NCBI RefSeq assembly: GCF_041146345.1
Contig: NW_027191408.1
Coordinates: forward strand, 806,001 to 870,000
Source of the DNA: Neodothiora populina
Taxonomy: Eukaryota
Length of the DNA: 64,000 nt
Direction of reading: 5' to 3'
How positions within the stretch are numbered: position 1 is the first letter of the stretch; each line of letters begins with the position of its first letter. This document shows, one piece after another, positions 12,591 to 23,717 of the stretch. The translations under genes were made by a program, and so were the position numbers. The notes under the pieces were generated by a model, which was given only the letters and a program-made list of their open reading frames with translations, was not told the origin of the DNA and did no database searches.

Positions 12591-12755
12591 CTATGCCTTG
12601 CCGGTACACCTCTGACATCTCTTGATCTTGCACTGGGTGCACTCGAATATCACCCAGTGAGGTCCAGAATGACAAGAACTGCAGTTCCACATGATAATCG
12701 TCGTATCTGACTTGATCGACTTGAAGCGGTGCTCGCAGTTGCCGGGAAGTGCCAT
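12591..12755 (-). CDS. 54-aa Cys/His-rich microprotein, putative C1/DC1-like double zinc finger
   Basis: Manual translation: MALPGNCEHRFKSIKSDTTIIMWNCSSCHSGPHWVIFECTQCKIKRCQRCTGKA*. It has three CxxC pairs plus an N-terminal CxH and a strong ACAATGG start context. The ~295 nt upstream is pyrimidine-rich and ATG-free, with a TATA-like element ~325 nt upstream. Confidence 0.8.
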   Translation of the reverse strand: MALPGNCEHRFKSIKSDTTIIMWNCSSCHSGPHWVIFECTQCKIKRCQRCTGKA

Positions 12756-13076
12756 TGTAGAGAGGTCTTAAATCTCGAGTCAAGCAGGTAAGCAGTGGTG
12801 TATGTTTTCCCGGAGAGGAGGATAAAAGAGGTGTGATTTTGGTATGTCAAAATGCCTTCACGATATGGAGAAGTTTGCAGAATACGATCAAGCGAGTGTA
12901 GAGCCAATTTGAAGAGCTATACGCACAGAGAGCAGGAGTGAGGGAAAGCAAAGGAGAAAGTGGAAATGGGTACGGAAGACGACGCAGTGTATACGTGGGC
13001 TGCAGAGAGAAGAGAGATGAGAAAGCGTGATAGAACGATCTGGGATATCTCATCCAATTGGTGGGTGTACCGGGAA

Positions 13077-13086
13077 CTTATATATA
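13077..13086 (-). promoter_or_regulatory. Putative TATA box for the microprotein gene
   Basis: The minus strand contains TATATAAG, followed by a CT-rich tract (about 12920-13030) typical of fungal core promoters and 5' leaders. Confidence 0.45.
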
Positions 13087-15839
13087 CATATACAACACAG
13101 ATAATCCTAGGGGAGTCAAAGAATGTGGTTCGGGGGAGGGGGCAAACCAGACGAGAGGCGATCGTTGCCGCGAGATGTTTGATTGTCATGGAACTTTTCC
13201 ATCCACAGTGGAATATGAAAATGGAATTTTGCGTGCGCACTTGCTCAAACGGTAGCAAGCCCGAGCCCCAAAAGAGGTTGCAGCGTACGCAAGAAACAGC
13301 AACGAGGGTAGCTCTGGTGGAACTGTGCAGCAGGGCGTGCAGACGCCGCATTTCTGCGACTCTGGACGAACTTATGTCACCGTTTGATGGAGGGGGCGTC
13401 TTTGCCCAATGCGGAAAGTATCCGAGAGCTTGACAAGAATCGAGGGCTTGCGCTGGAGAGGTCGAGCCATCCCGTAGCCATCCCGTACCCGCGGATGTGG
13501 GCGAGTGAACCAGGTAAAGTGCATGTAGCACGGGGCAGTAGTAAACCACCGTGCTGTTTACTTTTGCAGCAAGGACGCACATGCAAATCGAGCGGAAGAT
13601 CCGTCATCCTTCCTGCTCCACGCTCCTTTCCCTACCTTGTGACTTTAGATGGCGTGGTGTGCGTAAGTGTGTGTGGGTGTGCTCGTGCAGGAGAAAAGAG
13701 TTGGGCGTAGCCGGAATCGACGAGCCGGAGCTGCATAGGATCAGCAGGGATATTAATGGCGTGCGCACCGGCATCTGTCTGGCGGCCCGTCGCACGGCAG
13801 CATATTTGAGAGATGTAGGCGAATCTTGGGGGGTTTTGTGGCATAGAGGCAAGTCAGATCTCACTCTCCACCCCTGGTCAGATCTGAGACTCGGGACTTG
13901 CAGCCCGAGGCAAACATACAGTAGTAGAAAGAAGAAACGCCCCAGAATAACACAAGCCGAGCTTCTTCGTTGTCCGTTCAGCCAACCTTTTAGGTATGTC
14001 GAGGTGAAACACTTTTTTTGGTCCTGTTTTTCCATTCCAGGTGAGCCATACCCTACAGCCACCTGCAGCAGGACTTACCCAGTCCCAGGGCGAGAGCAGA
14101 TCGTCGACCGACCAGGGGCGGTTGCCGTGCGCGTGCCGATACAGCTACATGCATGAAGCCATGAGCGCCAGGCTTGTGGTAATGGCGACCTAGTCGCACA
14201 CCAAAGCCGATCGCGTTCTTTCTACCACCAGTGTCTAACAGGCGTTTTTGACATGTCACTTTGCGCATCCGTCCATTCCAATGCGATAGCAGCGAGGGGG
14301 CCCGCAAGGAAAACTAAACTATGTAAATGGTGAATCTAGGATCACCATGACCTTGTGAGATTGCCACCACTACTTTCCTACCGAGGCCTGTGGCCCGAAT
14401 CCATCACGCAGAAGCAAGAAGCCCGAGTACCAGGAAACCTTTTGGTTTGACGCATCGGGTGCAACCCTGCGCAAGGACGTACGTTGTGAATTAAGCAAAG
14501 AATGGCAACGCAGGGGGTGGGAAACAAAAAAGACTTGATCTTCCCACATCGGCCCATCCTCCCATCGACCTGGTTGTAAGTAACTGTCATGCAGGTGCAA
14601 GCCACACCTTATACTGTGCTTGCACACAAGGAAAGACTTGGGTTTCCCTGACCTTATGCGATCTAACTTGCTGCCCTTCGACCTGCTTGCGTGGCTTTAT
14701 CAAAAGCATGTCATCTTGCATGCGGGAGCTTCCAAGGAAGTGCAATGCAGGACGAGAGAGACCTGTATGTATAGCGCAGGTTCTATTCTCATCCCACACT
14801 ACACATGCGCACACGCACACACACGCACACCCTCCGGAGACTTTCTTGTTCCCCAGTAGAGTGGCCCAGACAGGTGTATGCTCGTATGCCCATTCGCAAC
14901 GTTGTACATACATATGAACTATACCAATAGATCTGAGCATGGAAAACTTCGGCCAGTGTTGCTGGAAGGGTGTTTTCCTGATCCACCCGCATGGTGGGCC
15001 AAGGGTGACAGATCTAGACAAACGGACGCCGCGCCTGCCTCGCTCCCCCCCCAATGCTTCTGTACAAATACGTGATGCAGAATATTGAAAGAGAAAAAGA
15101 ATTTGTCAAATCTTTGTGTTTTGTCGCCCTTGCTTGATACTAGCAGAGTGAATCCCCGAGGGCACGCACCGCAGCCAAAACAAGTCCGTAATGCTTGAAA
15201 GCTCCTTCGGGGTTTAGAGGGACATCGAACGGCTACACGAGAGGCGTGGCCTGTCGACCCAACTCCCAATGCGTCGGAGCAATGAGTGAACAGCAGTACT
15301 GCAGGAACCGGGTCGATCGGCGTGGCTTCCTTTGATAGGTGTTGGCGACATCAATAATGCACCGACGTCCTGGAAATCATCGGAAATCCGCAAACGCTTT
15401 GCATGTATGAATTGTCCAAGCAGGTTCACTCACTTTGAATCTCTCAGACTTCCACACGAAAGTGGGCGCAATCACGAGAAGTGCAAAGACTGGAAGTGGA
15501 AAGTGGGACGTGTTGAGTATAATAATGGAAAGATAAATCGTCAATAAAGTTTAGGTATCGCTCGCTGCAGGACACTTGAAGGGGCCATTCGGGCGCCGCA
15601 TTCATCATCTCCCCAAGACTTCATACTGGACTTCCACTGCTTTTCGCACCCCACCAGATGTGCTTCGTCCCCGTCTACCTGGCTACTCATACTTCTAACT
15701 TTGAAATTCTTTTGGAATGGCACTTAGTATTTGCACTCAGACCGCTTCAATCAGTCAGCACCGTGGTGCCTTCAATCGCTCATGTGGATTCGCTTGAATA
15801 GAGTTGTCATGAGATATACAATCGCTAGAAAGTCAGCGC

Positions 15840-16737
15840 TTACTGGGCCTTCTTGGCAGCAGCGGGCTGCTGGCCGGAGTAGCGGCTGATGTCAGTAGCA
15901 TCAGCAGCTTGCTTGACAACGCCCTTGACGCTGGTCCAGCCCTGACGGACAGCAGGAGGCATGTCCTGGCGGTTAGCAATGGCATCACCGCGGGCAGTCA
16001 GCTGGTTGACAGCCTGCTGCACAAAGGTGCTCTGGGCGAAGCGAGCTCTCACGAAGACGGTGTAGATGACGAGAAGGATCCAAGAGCCCTTGGTGAAAAG
16101 GATGGCGGAGCCGAGCAGACGGAACCACAAAGCAAGCTCGAGGATAGCGACGAGAGTCATGGAGCTATCGTAGTAGTTCTTGACAAAGTTGCCAATGGTG
16201 TCGGCAAGAGCAGAAGTCTGCTTCTGGCCAGAGGCAGCTGCTGGCTGGGGCTGAATGGTGGGGAGGAGGTTGGAGCGAGTGTAGGTAGCGACGTGGAAGA
16301 CTGAGTAGACAGCGAAAGGTAGAATCGCCAATGGGATCTGGCGAGAGAAGAGCCAGACGAGGGCCATGGCTACAGGACACGTGAGCTTGATTGATTTCTC
16401 AATATGAGAATATACAAAGAATTGGCTTACCCAGATACTGGACATTCTCGTCGCCAACAATGGCAAGAGCGCCGCCTTGGGGCTTTCCAGAGCGAGCACG
16501 TGCACGGAAGCTCTTGAAGACAACGATACCATAAGTGGCAGCGGCAGCGAGGAAAGCAGTGCGGTATGAGAAACGAGCCCACTTGGTGTACGAGTGGAAG
16601 GTGATGTATGAGAGAGCATATCTAACAGCACACAGGAGCAGAGTCACATGGCCGACAAACCATGCGAATTGCAGCGTCTGCGCAAGCTGCATGACGCGCT
16701 GCTGGAGCGGCATGCTTGCTGGGGGAGGAGGTGCCAT
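15840..16737 (-). CDS. POM33: Pom33/Per33/TMEM33 (UPF0121) nuclear pore / ER membrane protein
   Basis: Exon 1 MAPPPPASMPLQQRVMQLAQTLQFAWFVGH...AATYGIVVFK...DENVQYL. Intron 16370-16430. Exon 2 has LPFAVYSVFHVATY and several TM segments. Confidence 0.9.
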
Positions 16738-17921
16738 GGCTCGTTACTCGTAACTGGGTCGCTGTGGATGAAGCTCAATTAGTAGGGGTAAATGGACGAC
16801 TCTGTGATTTGAGTTGTTTCTGTGGTGGATGAAGAGTGAAGGAAGCAAGAAAGACAGTTGTCGTCGACTAAGGTCCCTCGGCGCAGTGAGTTGAGTGGGG
16901 TCCTGTGGTCAGCGCTCTCTTGGTGGCTGGCGAGCTCGGAAGAGACGGTGCTGGAAGCAAACAGAAGGACAGGATAAACACATGATTGGGATGCACTCAC
17001 TGAATGGTACTAATGCGCTCTGTTATGGTTTGCGATACAGATTAATCCAGGTCAGGTATCACAGCAAACGGAGGTGTAATAGGCAGTTTGTAATGTGGAA
17101 TGATGCTAATAAGGGAAAGACGATCTGGAGTGGAGCGCGAAGGTAGGACCTAATATTTGGGGGAAAGTGCGACTTGTCCAACTACGCAACAGGAATCATG
17201 GTAACCCTACTCGTTACGCCATGACGCAAGCGTCCCTCTCTCGTGCCCGGTTCGAAGGTGAAAGCTGGGCTAGGCTTCGAGCTACAACACACGGACATGG
17301 ATGATGGCATATTCCCCAGTTATCTGTATGCGCTACGAAAGTACTGTGCCTTATGACTCGAGCTACAGTATCATAATCGGATGCTACAAGAGGTCAATTC
17401 AACAAGACCTGCTTTGGTAGATATACATGTTACAATCATCCAGATCTAGATCGCGTGCTATACCTTACACTCGCAGCCTGTGATCTAACCACCTTGTCCT
17501 CCTGCACGGTGAAAGCAAGCTCGCTCCTCCCCCTGTCGACGTTGCAAGTCACTGGATCACATCGTCCGAAAGAGGGTGCCAAGTAGGGAGTCATGTATCA
17601 TGCATATATGAAAACACTAGAAGACAAGACAAAAATGATCCGACAAAAGAGAATTTGATTCAGTGAATGCTTCCTGTCTTTGGGGATTAATACAGACTAA
17701 GCGAGTAAATGACACAGAAAGAAAAGCAAAGAGACGCTGAGGTATCACAACTTTCGACCCAAGTGCTGCAAAGGCAAACCAGCCCACCCTCGTCCCCTGT
17801 TCAGCACCAGCACCCTGACAATGATGATGATGTAGATTAGTGACATTGTGTCTGTTTTTCCTGCCGGTACGCCCGCTCCCAGCACCAGCACCATCGAGAA
17901 GCTCACGTGTCGAGAGGCAGA

Positions 17922-19706
17922 TTAAGCACGTAGGGAGAAGCCCTTTCTCTTTCCCTTCTCCTCGACCGGTCTGCCTTGCTCGATGCGCACCTTCTTCTCC
18001 TCCAGCTCTGCCCGCTGTCTGTCGAGCTGCTCCTTCATCTCCTTGTGACGGGCGTAGAGCTCCTCCTCGCTCTGCTTGAGCTTCTGCTCCTTCTCTTGCA
18101 CCTTTTGTTGGAACACCATCTTCATCTCGCGCTCCATCTTCTCGAGCTTCTGCTCGTGCAGCGAACGCTCCTCCTCCTGCTTGGCCGCGGGGTTGATCTC
18201 CTTGAACACAGACGGGTCTTGCTGCATACCCAGCGACTCGAGCTTGTCGGATCTGTAATTTTCGTAGAGCGCATTGCTAGTGTGCTCCTTGAGCTCCTCC
18301 ATGTGTGTTCGGATGAGCATTTGACGGAGCTTGACAAAGTCGCAGTGCTCTTCATTGTCGACTTCGATAATGCCCCATGGGTATTTGCGGCCTCTAACCT
18401 TGCGGCCCTCGGGAGTGGTCACTTCACTGTTGGCACCCACGACAGCGAAGGGAACCTTGGACATGATCTCGTTGTTCTCCGCAATCGTCTCTTCGTCGTC
18501 GTTCTCGTAGCGAGGACCCTCGAAGATCTGGATGCTGTGGTGTGCGATGTCCGCAAGAATCTAGGCACGAGTGTCAGCAAGAGGCTTTTCGTCAAGTAGA
18601 AGAAGAGGTACTAACACGCTGCTTGAAGGCGAGAATCTCCTCGTCTGTGAGGGTGTCCGACTTGGCGATGACGGGAATGAGGTTGACCTTGGTGTGTAGT
18701 CTGCGCATCACTTCGACATCGAGAGGCTTGAGTGAGTGACCGGTGGGTTGGATGAAGTAGACACAGGCGTGGATGCGGTTGTCGACAATGTTCATGCGGT
18801 TGACCTTGTTTTCGGCGTCGAGGTAGGCATCGAAGCGCTGCTCGATGTTCTCGACAATGGGGCGCCAGGACTCCGTGTTGTTTACAAAGTCACCGAAGCC
18901 AGGGGTATCAACAACGGTGAGGCGCAGACGTACGCCGTTCTCTTCGATGTCGGCGCTGATGGATTGGATGGCGACGGTGCTGGGCAGGAACTCGAGACTT
19001 GGCTGTTTAACTTCCTTTGGAGGGTAGAGCGATGTGTTGAAGAGGGTATTCACAAGCGTAGATTTTCCAAGGCCGGATTCACCTGCATGTCAGTGTTAGG
19101 GAGGAGTGAAAGATGGTAAAGGTATGATGACTGGGTTGAGCATTGTCCACGTACCAACGACCATAACGTTAAAGTTGAAGCCTTTTCGGACACTCTTGCG
19201 ATGCCATTGGTTTGGGAGGTTGGCAAACCCAACGAAACCCGTAAGCTTTCTGCGGACAATGTTTCTCATGTCCTGAGCTGCAGCCGCTGCTGCCTTGGGG
19301 TCCTTTGATGAGACGGTCTGGGGAATTGGGCTGCTGGGTCCGAAAGCCATGTTGTTGCTGCGCTCAACGAGAGGCGAGGATGGCTTGCCATTGGGAGCGC
19401 CAGCTTGAGGGACAGGAGATGCGCGAGATGGCGGAGTGGGTGATACGCCGTTGCTAGCTATTTCCAAGGAAGCCGTGTCAGTACTTTTCTTGACTTTGTG
19501 CATCGTGTCCACGCTCGTTGGGCTCGAGACGTGACCCATTTGCGGCGTGTTCTCAGGCGCCAACTGTGCCATCTCGACTCGAGTGCTCATATCGACTCTG
19601 CGGCCGAAACAAGACTCGGGTGATACTGATGGGAGGCAGAGACTCTTTTGGTCGCGGTGATGATGAGATCTATGAAAGAAGAGGCGAAGTCGTGCAACTT
19701 ACCCAT
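17922..19706 (-). CDS. CDC3: Septin, Cdc3/AspB group
   Basis: [27 protein letters not shown]-loop [16 protein letters not shown], the septin unique element GRKYPWG and a C-terminal coiled coil. Introns at 19458-19702, 19083-19154 and 18561-18615. The first coding exon is only ATGG. Confidence 0.95.
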
Positions 19707-20845
19707 GATGAGAAATGGTGAGTTTGATATTTGGCAGGCGAGAGCAGCTGGAGCGTTCTTTCTGGATTGAGATACGCGTGTCAGTGACGAACTTATCAGA
19801 GGAAGGAAGCTGCGAAGAAGAGAAGTGGAGGTTTATCGTCATGCTCCCAGCGGAATTGCAACGGGGGCTCATGCCAGCACAGGCAGAGGTCAGGTACAGG
19901 GAAGGGCACTCATGCAACTTCCTCAGGAACAAGGTACGTGGACACACCTTTGAGATACAGCGCACGCCCAGACAGCAGTCCTTGCGAGTTTGAAGGTAAA
20001 AGAAACAACGAAAATATGAAAACTAGAGAGCGGCGATCTTGTTGTCGTCTACTATGCTACAGCAGAGTATGGGAACAAGTGACAGTACAATACAGTACCT
20101 TTGGTGATGAACGAGAGGAACCACCCTTGGATGTCCACAGCTAAAGGGGTCTGGGGGATCCGTGCGTCAAATAATGTATGGAGATACGAATAAGTCTTAG
20201 AGTGTCACAGCCAGGGCCAAGGACTATTGGAGGGCAAATATCGGTTCTGACTTCGACAATTGCCTCCACTCTCGTCAAGAATACGGGGTGGGGTGTGCAA
20301 AGTGCCCTCTTGTTCTCACTAGGTGTGCTTCCTCCAGTCGGCCGCGTTTTGATTTACGCTGTGCGTGCGGCTTTCAATATCGCTACAGTATAAAATTCGT
20401 GTTGTTTTGTACCAACGGCGCTGCAGTGCACATCTCTTCCGTACCTGACGCGTCCAAGCAAGCGGAGGTACCTGGTACAGCAGGATTGTCTCCACGTATC
20501 ACTAATCTGCGTTCGTGCCATGCCGTGGCCGAAAGGGGAAAAGCGTTCTGTCGGCACCCTCTAGCAGACGCCTAGCCCCTCCCTGAAGCACCTCATATTT
20601 AGACATGTCGTAAACGCTACTGGTGTATCGCGCTGTACTGGACTGTAGAGTGTCTTTATCTATATATACAGCAGAGTGGGTCGCGGTAAGTATAACAGCC
20701 TATCTTTCGTCCAGCCGTCCAGACACACGCCCAGCCAATTGAATATGCACAGCGCTGTCACTATACGCCGGCCGCATGCGAGTGTCATGCACGTGATGCT
20801 AGAATTAATACACTGTATATATCACCCCAGAACTGAGAATCGAGA

Positions 20846-22741
20846 TCAAGCCAGACTGGTGAGAATGGCTGTCACCTGAGCCTTGTCGTACTTGACGTAC
20901 TTGCCTCTGCCCTTGTCGATCTCATGATAACGATCCCAGTACCTTGACCAGAGAGGCTCGACCAACTTTTGGACGTCGGCACCCAGCGCATGCCTCACTT
21001 CTCTCTCCATCCTATACGTTTTGTGCTTGGCCACCATTTCGTCGAACTTGACGGTGAACATCCTGAAGTTCTCCTTGGTCTGATCCCTCTCCTTTGACGA
21101 AAGTGCTTTCACGAATGCATGGGAATCTGTGGATTGTCCTGTGCTTTGCGGTCGTGGTCCACGACTTGTATGCTGGACGTCAAGCAGGCATTTTGTGACT
21201 TCTGTCCAGCTGGCGGTGTACAACTTGATTGATTTGCGTCGTCGTTCCTCCAAGCCTGACTGCAGCCCACCCAGTACTTGCTGTAGCTCCGAGCTGCGGA
21301 TCATGCGTTCGATGATGGCAATGTTGTTGACCATGAAGACCCCCTGTGATGCTTGGTCTTTGTGGAGCATTTTGGACTTCAACTCGAGGTTATTGAGCAG
21401 TGTGTCAATCATCTCGGTAGCGTAGTGCTGGAAAAGGATCTGGCCGTCTGCGCCTACATCGAAGGACTTGAGCGTCGGAACCGACCTGCTGGAGGCTGCA
21501 GCTCCAGGGGTGGACCAGCCACCGTCTCCCAGAGAGATCAGAATGGAAGTTAGAGGGGCCAGGAACGTCGTCATGTTCTGTAGCCTCGCCATGATTTCAG
21601 CAGTCAAAGGGAGCGCGGCTCCGTCGGCTGACAGTTGTGTGATACCTTGTACCTGCGTCCGTACATCTGCAAGCAAAGACGACAGAGATGACTTGGCCGT
21701 CTCACGTACGGGTTTTAGAGCGTCACCGAGCGCAAGCTTGAGCTCACCCGTTCTGTTCTCGAGCTCCAGCGATATGGATGACACGACTTCGATTATCTCG
21801 TAAGCCAGAAAGCAGTCCTTAGTCAGATGCTCCTGTATGTGACGGTTGAGGTCGCGCAAGGTAGAGGAAAAGGCATTGAGTGAGCTCTGGCAGGTCATCA
21901 AGAGGACCTGACCCCACTCCTCTCGAGCGAAGACGGGACAGATGCTGTCGAACTCGGCGATATACATGGCCTTGATTCCAGATGCGTAGGTACCGATGGC
22001 ATTGTCGCCTCTCTTGTACAGTGCGTCTGAGTTTACTTTTCTTGCGGTAGCTATACAGGCGGCAGCCATATTCTGCAGACTCGCGGTGAGGTATTGACCA
22101 CGGACATCAGCGTAAGTGCGCGCAATTGGCGTCCCTCGGGCATCTGAGCCGGTCATTTCTGCAAAGGAGGAGGAGACATGTGCATTCAGCGCGCCCAGTT
22201 GTGATGTTTTCTGTTCGGGGAGTCGTGGAAAGTCCAGGCCTTTGGTGATATAGTGGAGCGGCTCGACTGGCTGCACACAGTCCCGTAGCATCTCCCTAAA
22301 GACATTCTCTAGCTGCTGACTCCCCGTCTTCAAGAGAGAGTTCAGCTCGGTGATTGCTTGCTGGTTTGACTTGAGGTTAGATCGCTTGAGCTCGTGCAGT
22401 GCTTGATTGGTACGTTCGACGGAAGCAACGTAAACGTCGAGGCCGACCTGCTCTGGATTGGAGCGGAGGACGCGCTCCTCCTTGTTGCGCATGTCAAGAG
22501 GCTCTCTGATCTTGTCGATGGCGGATATCACGCGATCGATGTTCGAGTTGGTGGTCTGCAATCGTTGGGTGTTGCCATATATTGGTCCAATGGCGTCCTC
22601 GACCGTCTTTCCACTTGTTTCCAGTCTGTTCATCGAGGATTGGATCTTCTTGTTCAGGCTCTTGATCTTGCCCAGCTTGGCATACAGGACCTCTACTTCT
22701 GCGCTCTCCTCTGCATATGCTGCTCGCTTGGGACCTGCCAT
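20846..22741 (-). CDS. EXO70: Exocyst complex subunit Exo70
   Basis: Intronless 631 aa helical protein. Starts AEESAEVEVLYA, contains VEPLHYITK and GVFMVNN, and ends YWDRYHEIDKGRGKYVKYD, typical of fungal Exo70. Confidence 0.93.
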   Translation of the reverse strand: MAGPKRAAYAEESAEVEVLYAKLGKIKSLNKKIQSSMNRLETSGKTVEDAIGPIYGNTQRLQTTNSNIDRVISAIDKIREPLDMRNKEERVLRSNPEQVGLDVYVASVERTNQALHELKRSNLKSNQQAITELNSLLKTGSQQLENVFREMLRDCVQPVEPLHYITKGLDFPRLPEQKTSQLGALNAHVSSSFAEMTGSDARGTPIARTYADVRGQYLTASLQNMAAACIATARKVNSDALYKRGDNAIGTYASGIKAMYIAEFDSICPVFAREEWGQVLLMTCQSSLNAFSSTLRDLNRHIQEHLTKDCFLAYEIIEVVSSISLELENRTGELKLALGDALKPVRETAKSSLSSLLADVRTQVQGITQLSADGAALPLTAEIMARLQNMTTFLAPLTSILISLGDGGWSTPGAAASSRSVPTLKSFDVGADGQILFQHYATEMIDTLLNNLELKSKMLHKDQASQGVFMVNNIAIIERMIRSSELQQVLGGLQSGLEERRRKSIKLYTASWTEVTKCLLDVQHTSRGPRPQSTGQSTDSHAFVKALSSKERDQTKENFRMFTVKFDEMVAKHKTYRMEREVRHALGADVQKLVEPLWSRYWDRYHEIDKGRGKYVKYDKAQVTAILTSLA

Positions 22742-22953
22742 GGCGAGAGTGGAATGAAGGGGTATCGGATTATTAGGTATTTACTGTGGTATTATGGGCT
22801 GTCGTAAGAGTGCTAAGGCAGTAAGGTAGTAGAATAGTGACTGCTGAGGTGCTGGTTGGTACCAAGTCAGACAGCACTGCACGCAGCGCGGCAGTCAGTG
22901 TTGGTATCGGTATAGATATTGATACCTAAGACGCCTTTGTACGGCGGTCAATT

Positions 22954-22983
22954 AGATGCAGATGCAGATGCAGATGCAGATAC
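22954..22983. repeat. (AGATGC)4-5 hexanucleotide microsatellite in the Exo70/PLA2 divergent promoter
   Basis: Four perfect AGATGC units followed by AGATAC. Confidence 0.85.
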
Positions 22984-23717
22984 AGGTAAATGAGTGATGG
23001 ATGCCTGACCGACGCTTGGACAGGGCACTCACATGTGAAGCACGAAAGGGTGTATCTCCGTACTGTACACTCCGTACCCGCATGACAAGCGGCGCACAGA
23101 CACAAGACAGGCAGACGGACAACTTCCGCGTCTTAATTTGTATGAGAAACACACCCAAATTAAGACCTTATAGTCCTTCCTACCAAGTAGTCAGTTAGAC
23201 AATTTTACGTTCACGGCCTGTATCAATATGAATCTGAATGAAGCGCGGTTCTACTAATACTGAATGGACCCCATCTACCTCGCTGTCACCCTTCAAGTTC
23301 TTGCGCAATAGCGGACTAAGAAGATCCAGTGAGTGATAGCACGGCTAATTGCCGGCTTACAAGTGACGAGAAACTAACTCCTTTGTAATACTTGATCTTG
23401 GAACTTGGACTGGGTTTCGGCAGAGGCTCCGTCCCACAAATTTCCTGTTCCTGAATCGTGGCTGGCGCGAATCTCTGTCGATTGGCGAATCGCCCGCATC
23501 GCATTGACGTGTTGCTTGGTACGAAGGTATGACAAACAAACGTCACAGCTGCGCCGCATGAAACGAGTCCAGCAGGGCAGAGGAAAACAGTGCCAATTAT
23601 CATCGCGAAGGCTTATTTTGTTCTTGTGCTCAGCATTTCACTTGATCTCTCATCTCTGTCCAGCAGTATTTCATGGTTCTTCTTGAAATGCACACTATAT
23701 AAGGTCCTTGTATCCAC

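Noticed and set aside
12520..12907. Listed 87-aa and 85-aa minus-strand ORFs overlapping the microprotein
   Set aside because: Both start at non-ATG codons and have no motif. The third frame has the good ATG context and the zinc-finger pattern.
17200..17290. GGTTCGAA B-box/T-loop-like sequence
   Set aside because: No T-stem closure or cloverleaf, so it is not a tRNA.
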